DNA of 57,032 nt, filler included, from Bipalium vagum (taxonomy: Eukaryota), in assembly GCA_037834085.1 (NCBI GenBank). It is 3 parts of 3 records of this genome, joined end to end, with 100 filler letters (N's around TTAATTAATTAA, not from the genome) between each part and the next. Parts side by side here need not be neighbours in the genome. Positions count along the whole stretch, not along the records: positions 41,364 to 57,032 come from JBBMKC010152997.1; 2 more parts are not named here. One strand, written 5' to 3'. A model generated the notes under the pieces. That model searched no databases. It had not been told where the DNA came from and saw only the letters and a list, made by a program, of their open reading frames with translations. Positions 47,401 through 57,032 of this stretch are shown piece by piece. Position 1 is the stretch's first letter; every line of letters starts with the position of its first letter. Made by a program: the position numbers and the translations under genes.

Positions 47401-50400
47401 CGAACTACAGCTGTAGATATTGATTATTTAAACGTATTTCTACTTTTAAAAATATTTTTAGGGTTTAGCTTAAGTTATTTGTTTTGTACTCTAAAAATTT
47501 AAATTTCGAAAAAAAATTATTCGGGCTAAGATTTTAAGATTTATAATACAAAGAACATTTATGTGAATTTCAAAATATTTGTTCCATAAATCTGGCCTGC
47601 TCTGAAACATTTAATCTATAACATGTCATTAGCTTCTTTTATTGATTGTTTGATATTCATATACATTTATTTCTATTAATTGACTTGAAAAAGTACTTTT
47701 TTATATCATAGATGTGAGCTAGTTTAGTCTTTAAACTAGGTCGGGAAAAGGTAAAATGTTAATATTAAAACTTAAACTAGGTAGCACTAGTTCATCGTTA
47801 CAAAGATTATATAAACATCTTTTTATTATAGACTTAAAGCTCTCTCAAATAAATTTAGGTAACATTTGATTTTCTTCCTTAAGACGAATTACCCTGCTAT
47901 TGAAAAAGTATTTCAAGGCTATTAGGGGTTGCAAGAACAGAAACCGTTTAGTTAATTTTTTTAAACATTAAGGGAAATATTTATTAGTTTTTAAGTTAAA
48001 TTTCTATACCGTTAGCAATTTCTTAAAATCTTCCGTTTAAACACAATTCAAAATCAATTAATCTCCTTGGTCAAAGAATCTTAATTAAAGAATATATTTG
48101 TTTTCTCGAAAATCATTCTAGTTCTGGCTCCTTCGATTCTTGTTTGAATGTTTGATATTTAGTGTATTCATCTTCCATTGAAGAAAAATCAACTTCTTTC
48201 AAAAATTTCCAGATCAACTCCATTCCAAAGTTGTAATATCCGCAGATCTGATTTGATCAAAAATTGTGCGCAGAATAAAAATATCATCAAAATTAATGGT
48301 TTCAGAGATGAAAACAATTTTGAATTTTTGTTTAAAAGAGGTAAACAGGTTGGTCATTTTAGTCAACTAGTTCGATCAACAATCGAGTCACAATTATGTG
48401 TTATGCACCTCAAGTCTGTTATTGAATGCTTTAAATGTTGCCGTTAAAGTAATTTTCATTGATATAACTGATGTCCAGAGTCATAATTTATTGTTGGATA
48501 CTCACAGATCGGATATAATTTTCTTATCATTAATAACTTACAATATAAAATTTTTTAAATGTATAATTGGCGTTCTATGTATGTATTGCATAATAATATT
48601 CTTTGTATCGATTTCATAATAATATTATTACTCTACTCTATACTTACATATCCGACTCAGAATCTAAGTCATAATAGATAAATTTATTAAGGAATTGGTA
48701 TTCGCTATTCTGTTACTTGATGAAAAAATAGTCGGGGTTATCAGAAGGAAGGAACATCAACCACACCCTGTTGATATTCATGTCATCCTAAATTTGATCC
48801 GAAATTCGTCGTATTTCAAAACCCAAATTTCTTGGCTTCCAATATGTTTACCGAAATTCGACCCAGAGTAATTCTTTTATATTTCTACGTCTGTGGAACT
48901 GACAATATTTTCAGTGGATTTTTTTATGCCTACATATCTTATCTTTTTGGCTCATTATCTCTGGTTTTGCTGACTGTAAATCCCGAACAGTTTGATGAGT
49001 TGCATCAATGTCGGTGGACGATTTATGAATCAATGAAATCTCGGGGCTTATTCAATAAACTGAATTCCATATATACCATTGATGATTTTATACAGAGCTA
49101 TAAATTGTCGGAAGTCAGTCACTTTTTCTATAAGATGCGCAACGCAAATCAGTGCATTTCATACTGTAGCAAAGAGGTTTGTGATGAAAAGGAGATAATC
49201 AGCAAATATTTACGTTTGCACCATTTTATCCATTCGCCAACAAAGTCTATTACGTTTGTGTATCAGTTTTCAGATTCTCAAACGTGTCTAGCAAGGGTTT
49301 GTTTAATTATTTTGATGTTATATATTAGGTCGTTAAGTATCATCAATGCTATACAGTGTTATTTTGCAAGAAACAAATTAGATTGGTGCAAAAAATATTA
49401 GACTTGTTCAAACTTCTTGGCTTGTTGTGTTTCTGTTGAAATCTTTTCAGATTAAATGTTTCTTTTCTTAAAAGTCTCAATTTTAAACGGTTTAAATTTG
49501 AGTTACAGGCCATATATAAGTTTGCAATTCAATTTTTAATAAATCTATTATAAAAATCATATCTTTCGGATAAATAATAGAAATTATATTAACCCACCTG
49601 TTTATCGGAATTAAGAGAAGTCGCAAAAAATCAAAATATGCAATGTCTTATGAAATTTTATTTCTTGGTAGGAAAAAGTGAAAATCATGGCTTCAATAAA
49701 GTAAGCTGCTTATGTATTTGAAATAGCATAAGAAAGAATCATATGGATAACGATTTCGTCAAGGGTATTTTGAGTTGAAAGATGCACCTCATTATGTCCA
49801 ACCAATCGCAGATAAAGACGTCGAAATCATGAAAAAGATCAATGAACATCATAAAAGTAGTTATGAAATTGGTAAAGATCTAAGTATCTGACAAAAACTG
49901 TTCTAAATTTTTTGTTTCAATAAAAGTCGTGATATTTGTGTGCCTCATATTTTATCTGAAAAGAATTTAATCAGCAAAATTTATATTTGAGAATCTCTAT
50001 TGAAAAGAAAGAATCTTAAAATTTTTCTTAAAGAAATTAATGATCATCGGAGATGAAATATTGATCACCAATGATAATAATGTGAGGAAAATTTCGTTAT
50101 CCAAAGAACATGAAACTACAGAAATGGTTACAAAGTCAAGTTTGCAATTTGAGAGGAATCGTGCATTATGAACTGTAGAAATCTTGTCTAACAATTCATT
50201 TTATATTTCGATGTCGGGCACTTGAAAGATTAAATCAAGCAATAAAAAAGCGGGGGTTAAACTCAACAGAAAAAGGGCTGTCTTTCATCATGAAAATACT
50301 CGACCATTTACATCTTCAATAAATCGTCACAAATTGAAATCACTTTGCAGGAAGACTATTGTCCATCCACCGTATATTATTATTAGTATATTATTATTAT

Positions 50401-50648
50401 TATTGTTAGTGTATTATTATTATCATTATTATTATTAATGTATTATTATTATCATAATCATTTTACTTTTCAATAATTACAGTTGTAATGTAATTTTATT
50501 ATTTTAGCAAACTCACAATTTTGAACTATATGCCTGTCTGAAAGAGGTTAACACTAAAGGTAAAGCCGTTGAAATACTAAACAAATTGATTGATGCAATA
50601 AATAGTCAAAAGCATCGTCTATTTATCACCTTTTCTCCTACATTTTGA
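41490..50648 (+). CDS. MON1: vacuolar fusion protein MON1 (Rab7 GEF subunit), 3' four exons (41490-41714, 48692-48867, 48915-49296, 50508-50648)
   Basis: ILSILTLRTISKAFTKHPGLDLRRLLIGTDRF...|ELVFAILL...HPVDIHVILNLI...SWLPICLPKFDPD|GFFYAYISYL...SHFFYK...TCLAR|QTHNFELYACL...KHRLFITFSPTF* matches MON1 motifs (YDLRRLL, LHPxDLHL, WxPxCLPKF, GFFHAHISY, FELY, RLFI). GT-AG introns in phases 0,2,0. The N-terminal exons are missing. Confidence 0.93.
42364..42900 (-). mobile_element. maT/DD37D-type 3' relic, intronic
   Basis: TA|CAGGGTC end. Minus strand reads KWLPYSPGCNFFDYET*ECLEIKTCPK..HKSLESL...WNKLDEKTMRISID (WPPYSPDLNPLDY...HxNLESL). Confidence 0.65.
43585..45131 (-). mobile_element. maT (DD37D) element, full-length relic with internal AT-rich insertion (about 44410-44728), intronic
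   Basis: 32-bp TIRs CAGGGTGCTTGAGTTATTTGAGGACAAAAATT and (rc) CAGGGTGCGTCAGCTATTTACGGATAAAAATT with TA flanks. Reads WFFSDEKLF...VFQQDSAPCH...WPSTLPDLNSLNY: 37 residues to the third catalytic position, here D mutated to N. Confidence 0.9.
46050..46139. repeat. inverted repeat/hairpin, 38-bp arms, 14-nt loop
   Basis: 46050-46087 versus the reverse complement of 46102-46139: 36 of 38 identical. Confidence 0.95.
49615..50375 (+). mobile_element. mariner (mellifera/capitata-like) relic in last MON1 intron
   Basis: RFRQGYFELKDAP...DICVPHILSEKNL...MIIGDEILITNDN...NRKRAVFHHENTRP...IVHPPY, with many stops and frameshifts. Confidence 0.8.
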
Positions 50649-52624
50649 TCTCCTTTGCACTGCTGAATTTGTTGATAATAAAATAAAATAGTCTAATTGT
50701 GACACGTGAAAGATTTTTTGAGAGATTCTATCTTAAAGGAATTTTGAAAATGTAATTTTCTGATTTCTGATTATTTAAAAATATTTTCTCATAAATATAC
50801 ATTTGTACAAAGCCTGCAACTGAGGGATTGAGAAATCCAATATAAGCTGCATCTAATGGTATAGTATGCCTAGTTGATATATGCAGAATTGATATTAAAT
50901 AAAGAAATATTAACAAATAAAAGTACAGTAATACAATGCAGGTTTTTAAATTTGACTAGTTAAAATCTCCTTTTGAGTGATTATTGTGAACCGGATTTAT
51001 CAAGTACAGTTTTGATATTTTTAAGTTTCGCATACATTTATTTCGTTATCATTGATTGTTTACCCTGTAAATCTGAATGAAGTATGAGATTGTTTGTTAT
51101 GCTAACTTATATAAAACAAGAAAGCTTAACCATACCATGTTTTCTGAAATCTATGCGTGCTGGACATATGATTCGAATCTTGAAAGGAAAACAATTGTTC
51201 TAAGGTAATATTTTAATGAAAATTAAGGTTTTGGAAAAAAAATGAGAATCCTACTGATGGTAACAAGATTAGGTTGACGATATTAGGAAAATTAAAATAA
51301 ACCAAGAATTATTCCCGAAATTCATTAAGGCTTGAGACAAAATTTATAAGGAATAAAAGTGGCTTCAAAAGTCAATGTACAAAAAATGATTGTATATAAA
51401 AATTAGGGCAGCAGTATTTAAAAATTAATTAGAAATAATTAACAAAAATGGTATTTCTCACCTAGCCAGAGTTGAAAGCTCGAGCAACATAAGATTGTAT
51501 AGTCTGAGAGATTTTCATTAAGAATAATGTGGAGAATTGAGTTACTACAGTAATTATTTAATTGACTAATATCTTTTACATATTTACCTGCACTTTATTT
51601 TAATCGTTCTTGTAATTCTCTTTTTGTGATTGAATATTGTAATAGATGTGACTTTATATTAATTTTAGTTTAGTTTACAACGATTTATTAACTCTACAAC
51701 ATCAAAAAATTAATTTTTCTGTATTTCGATTAGATTCTGCTATTCACATGTGTAGTTGTTTGTTTTCTGATTTTGATTTTGGAATTTTATCGTACTCTAG
51801 GTAGCATGGGAATACCATCAGTGAAATCAACAGGTCACTGAATCAAAATTGAAGATTCAATGAAGTTTAGCAGTTTTTATTTAAAAATACAGTTTGATAC
51901 GAATGTAGCATTCATAACAACATAAATAAAATTGTTTTGTAGTTCCTAAACGTGTTTCTTTAGAGGGATTATTTTATAAAATCTATCAAAGTAACTTATA
52001 AATAGATCTTAACGAGACATCGATCTTTGACTACTTAAGAATCTTTGAAATCTCTTAATTCAAATCCAGAATCTCAACTCTATTAGGCTGAGATTCTACA
52101 CTCATACCTTATCTAAAAACTTATCCAGGGGAAAAATAATCGAAAATTTATTTGTTCTTAATTAATAAATGAATAATAACCACGAGTTTTAAGCTGTTTA
52201 AAAGGGTTTCATTTGATTTATTGTAATTGTACTTTCAAATATACTTAATGAATAGCAACATCATTTTTTTAGTTATTTTAATTATTATTTGGAGTCTTTA
52301 TGTTGAATTGGTGAAAGGCTTTTCTTAAGATCGTCTATTAAATCGACAATCAAAAGGCACTAATAAGAAAGAGAGTGTTAGAAAGAATTTTTAAAATAAT
52401 ATTACTAAATAATAATAAGCTTACTTGTAAGGTCGTTTGATGATAATAACGACGAGATAATACTTAATTACATTGTTATATTTTGAGTATCAATCAGTTC
52501 AATTCGATCATTCATTACTATTTGAAGCGAGTTCTCGTTAGAGCATTAAGTTAACGTCGCGTAAATAAATGCACAAATATAAATTTAAATTTATGAAGTA
52601 AAATTTTATTGAGAACTAAATATG

Positions 52625-52887
52625 AACATATACTTTATAGATCATTGTTTTTGAGACTTTTAATGTATCCATAATCTCATTTACAGATTTTTGGGCATGG
52701 AGTAAAACAACTAACGCTTGCCTTTTGTTGTTTATGTTCATCTAACATATGAAATCTATAAAAAAAATTTTAATCTATTATATATCAAATTCCAATCAAC
52801 ACAAAAATATCAACAAATAGACAGAGCTGTTTTTCTGTTTGATTAGGTTGACTGATTCAAAATAGTCCGCGATTATACGACGCACCA
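52625..52887 (-). mobile_element. maT/Tc1-like 5' fragment
   Basis: (rc) TA|CCTGGTGCGTCG end resembles the TIR at 45131. MNINNKRQALVVLLHAQKSVNEIMDTLKVSKTMIYKV is an HTH-type N-terminus. Confidence 0.55.
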
Positions 52888-53367
52888 GGTAGATGTTAAA
52901 TTAAATGTTTTTTCCTACATCCGAGACCAATTTTCACTTGTAATTAATCGTCGTTAAGTTAGTTTTTGTGATAATAAAATTTTTGGTTGTGTTTTCGTTA
53001 TTTGCGATAAGCATTTTTTTAACGAACCGTTTTGAAGTCATTGACAAACAATCTGAATATCGATTGCAAAACTACATCAGAATTTTTCAGTATTATTTGA
53101 GTCGGGACTCGGATAGCTTAAAAAGTTGTCTACTGCTACGCAGTTGAAAGAAGATTATTTTAATAATTGCGACTTTGAACAAGATTGTGTAGTTTTTTCT
53201 AAATATTTTTATCAGTTAAAAAATAAATCATATCTAGACCATTGGTTACCACAAATTTGGTTGCTAAAGAGCACTTTGATCATTTTAGGATCATATCACA
53301 CATTTATTAATGTCATGAGAAAGTGAGTAAGAATTAAAACAATGTATTTATTAAATTAGTTTTTCCT

Positions 53368-54265
53368 TCACGCTTTACAAAGGCCTTTTGAACATTTGGT
53401 ATTCTTCGGACATTTGGAACAAGCTCTTCCTTTCGTGTATGGCAAGGAACCATCATAATTACCTCTATATAGATCGTTTGTCAAATTGCTTGTAAAATAA
53501 GTTCACAACTCACCCAGGTCCGTAATTGCAAACCAAAATAGTGACCAAACAGTCGACTCCACCAAAGTTCTTGTTACATGTCGTAGCTCCACACCCGAGT
53601 TCATTTGAATTAGCCCACACCACCTGGAAACATAAAAAGCTTAACAGAAATCATTTTTATCATTCAAAATCAAATCTTCAAGCCATGTCACATCTTCTTT
53701 CAATAATATTTGTGATAATATATTTTCTTATATTTTGTTTATTTTTTAATCAATTCTTCACGAATTTGAGTGTAATGGCCACATGTATCAGCACACGAGT
53801 TATCTTCGAAAGTATAATCCTTTACTTCGCCGAACCAGTTAGTCACGCCACTATAGAAAAGTCAATTTTTAAGAAGATTTTGTGAATTGAAACCTTGTAA
53901 TGTCTTTATAAGTGAACATTGCCCAATTCTGTCCAACCCACGTGTGATCACCATAGAGTCGATTATTATTCTGATCATCTTGTAAGTCACAGGTATCTGC
54001 CTTTTTCTGTGCAATTGCTGCCGATTCGTCGCTCCACGTCTAATCAAATAATATAATGAATTAGACAGTTGCCTTTCTCTTGAATCAATTTATTATAAGT
54101 AATATTTATCAACCATTCCCTCATATCAGCGGCTGCAGTTTGATTCACAGCTTTTCGGTATTTGTTGTGGGCCTCCAAAATTAGTGTTTCTTCATCTTCT
54201 GTCATAGAATAACATGACAATATAAAAAGCACTTCAATAATGAAAGCCGTAAATAAGAAATTCAT
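53368..54265 (-). CDS. secreted CAP/SCP/TAPS (venom allergen-like, PI16/GLIPR-like) protein, 5 exons (54265-54114, 54039-53894, 53850-53766, 53623-53514, 53464-53368); possibly a recent pseudogene
   Basis: Signal peptide, then ILEAHNKYRK...AADMRE | TWSDESAAIAQKKADTC...VGQNWA | NWFGEVKDY...CGHYTQ | VVWANSNELGCG...LVCNYGPG | GNYDGSLPYTKGRACSKCP...GLCKA*. Exon 1 is one base short of phase, and intron 3 begins AT rather than GT. Confidence 0.9.
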
Positions 54266-54297
54266 TGCAGGATCTGAGGTTCCCTAACCACAGTATC

Positions 54298-54305
54298 TAT
54301 TTATA
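54298..54305 (-). promoter_or_regulatory. TATA box of the CAP gene
   Basis: TATAAATA on the minus strand, about 33 nt upstream of the ATG at 54265. Confidence 0.5.
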
Positions 54306-55629
54306 AGAGAATTATTACTGTCACGTGTCTTATTACCGTTTATTAATATTTTAATTGAAAAGTATATCATGTTTCTGATTTGTAAGGTTTATTTAGTGCG
54401 CGTTTATTCTTTGAAGAATTTTTAAGTAAGAATTTGATAAATCTTTTTTTTTCTTTTCGAGTAGAATTGATTCTTGAGTTGATTGTAATTTTTGGTGATT
54501 TGTGTGAGCAGTTCAGTTTTGCATTATAATAAAATTTTACTGTGAATTGTTTTGATTCAATTGGGGTGTGGATAAAGTTTAATCGTGGAAGTTTTGATTC
54601 AGTTTGAGAGCAGATAAAGTTTTTTATGGTAATTTTGAATTAAGTTGAGTTTAGTCGACTTACGATCATAACATTAATAAATTGAGGAGTTCCTGACAGA
54701 CGAACTGAGGTTACTTTGTTAAAGTATTATCGTAAAAGTTGTTACCAGTAACCAACAGTAAGACAGAATGTGCACGGACCTTCATGTAACCTGTGAAGCT
54801 TTTATCTCCTTTTATTCAATTTATTGCCTTTGTAAATTCAATATAAAATTATGACCTTTCCATTTCGTCATAAATAATATAAAGTATCTAAATTTTAAAG
54901 ATCTGTGGATCATTGGTGAACAAATGATAACGACAGAAAAGAGATGTTATGTTCATAAAAATAAGCCATAGTGACGAACAATTAATTATCAAATCTGGAA
55001 AAAATAAAATTGATAAGTTCCTAAAAATTGATGAGAACATGAGATTAAGAAATTGTAATTTAATAAAAATTATTATAACCAGAAGGAATTACGGGTTTGG
55101 ATCTATTTTTATTTTATATATAAATTCTTCTTGTTAATATTTTTTAATAATAAAAATAATATTTATATTAATTTTGAAGTATTTTTTATTTGAAAATCCA
55201 ATTTTACAATTTATACAAAAAATTGAGACAAATAATTTTCACAAAAGAGTGTCTATTGTGGGATTCTCCACAATATGGCTTACCAAGGATCCATAAAGTC
55301 AGCCATTAAGACCAGTAAATTGTGCTTAAGACAAAGTTGCTGATGTTGAGTAAATTAATAAAGCCTCTTTAGAGAAGCATATATAAAGGGAGAGATATAT
55401 TTAAATTAAAAAACTTCCTAAATACTTCTTTGAAGAAAATTTTCATTTTAAAAATGATGGACAGGTTTTTAATTATTATAATAAGTATATTAAGAAACAT
55501 TCCAGTCTAGCAAGTAGCACTTGCATACCTTATTTGTTTTTCTGCTCATATAGCTCCAAATGACAAATTTATACCAATTTCCTTGGTTATCTAATTAAAA
55601 TATTAATTAATCGGAAGAGAGTACATTTA

Positions 55630-56278
55630 CATCCGAAAGTCACGCTTATCGACAAATGAAATCCTTGCATTGTGATCATCTTCTGATAGCGGATGAGCTG
55701 GGGAGTAATAATAATACAATTTGGAACCCATTTTGTATTTCAAAGCATCTCTTATTGTTAAATACGGTGTGTTAAGATGAGATTAGGCTAATCTTTATGA
55801 TTTTTTGGATGTTCTTCATACAAAGACAATGCTTGGCTGTCACATGGTGATCTTCAACTTATAAATTTTTTCCCGTACTGAACTCGTTTTCATAAATTTA
55901 TTATCAAATAAATAATTTTTGTATGACTTTCGCACTGTGAGGCGTATTCTTCATAATTAATTTCCATTGTCGCTGCACCAGCTTCACGGAACCAAATTTC
56001 ACTTGCCATAAAATCATTTTAACCTTTTCGTCCAGTGTTAATATCATTTGAAAATTATCAAATAATTAAAACTAAAACTTATTTCCACAATTCCTGGAAC
56101 AAATAATGTAATACATCTTGGTATGCACAAATTAAGAGTTATGACAACTAAATGTTCATTTAGAATATTTTTTCATTGTTTTGAGAGAAATACAAAATAT
56201 TTCCAATTTTACCTGATAATATTTCCAAGGAATTAAACAGGAATAAATGCACTGAGATATTTTCAAAAACACCTTAGA
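55630..56278 (-). mobile_element. rosa/DD41D-like 5' relic
   Basis: MILTLDEKVKMILWQVKFGSVKLVQRQWK...KFMKTSSV...TIRDALK...HPLSEDDHNARISFVD resembles the N-terminus of DD41D-type transposases. Degenerate AAGGTGTTTTTG terminus. Confidence 0.6.
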
Positions 56279-56947
56279 ACCTAAGCATGTGCAGCAAACC
56301 ATTTATTTGTACAGTATTTCCTACAAAATGCTTGTTATCACAAGTCGTTTAGGAAACATAATTTTCATGAAATAATTGCTTAATGTACAGTACTGATAAG
56401 GGTAGTCATGGTTATTGCGAAAGCAAAACATTAAATCTACCAACAATAAAATTTATTTATTGTAAAATTAAATTTATGTATTAATAATGTATTATTAATA
56501 ATATTTTATATTTGATATACTTTAATCAATTTTGGAGAGTAAGCTGTGATTTTCACTAATTATTTCTTACTTTTTCTTTACGGAACTCATTTTCATTTTG
56601 TATTTTCACCTCACATTTAAAGGAATAATTTAATTTATTATTAATAATAATTTATATTTAAAAGACTTCTTTTGAATATTGAAGAAATAAAATAACTTTT
56701 CTCTTTTCAGAACATAAAAATTCAACATTTACAATTTTGACAAATATGTACAGTTTCTCCATAAATGAAAGCAGAACAGTCGGAAGAGCACTCGCAAAAT
56801 AAAAAAAGTAACAAAAAAAGAAATTTTGGTGAAAAATAAAAAATTGATATCAAATCGATTAGGGACTTCAAATTAAACAATTATTGCTCAAATTCTAATG
56901 AATTGACTCGGCTATTTAAAGACATCAAGTTTTTAAAAAAATATTTA

Positions 56948-56988
56948 TTCTTCTTCTTTTTCTTCTTTTTCTTCTTCTTCTTTTTCTT

Positions 56989-57019
<31 letters not shown>

Positions 57020-57032
57020 TTATTATTATTAT
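56948..57032. repeat. compound (TTC)n/(ATT)n microsatellite
   Basis: TTC run followed by an ATT run at the window end. Confidence 0.95.

Noticed and set aside
1-57032. Alternative genetic code explaining the many in-frame stops
   Set aside because: Host genes end normally in TGA or TAA and have no internal stops; stops are confined to decayed transposons.

Overview
AT-rich metazoan genomic DNA (roughly 25-30% GC by eye) with 40-80 nt GT-AG introns, AAT microsatellites and dense DNA-transposon debris. The CAP gene's VGQNWA motif and the overall style suggest a flatworm, but that is inference. The window is three contigs joined by artificial 100-nt linkers (44N-TTAATTAATTAA-44N at 21146-21245 and 41264-41363). 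Host genes assembled by hand: (1) a complete 3-exon 14-3-3 gene (+, 2797-3665); (2) a 9-exon, about 303-aa coiled-coil gene with no recognisable family, essentially missed by the ORF track (-, 10362-17238); (3) the first two exons (CH1) of alpha-actinin (-, 19654-20137), whose expected downstream exons I could not find in the 19.6 kb that follow; (4) the 3' four exons of MON1 (+, 41490-50648); (5) a 5-exon secreted CAP/SCP gene with two lesions at exon-intron junctions (-, 53368-54265). Most of the rest is decayed transposons: Tc1 (DD34E), mariner (DD34D), maT (DD37D), rosa (DD41D), pogo/Tigger, two tandem Merlin (IS1595-like) elements, a Chapaev3-like relic, possible piggyBac relics and an LTR-like repeat. 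I found no clear-cut new biological system. The most unusual signals are the alpha-actinin locus (giant intron with nested genes, or a CH1/coiled-coil fusion), the Merlin tandem with a 110-bp duplication, the junction-only damage in the CAP gene, the steep GC gradient in 14-3-3, and a 38-bp-stem intronic hairpin.
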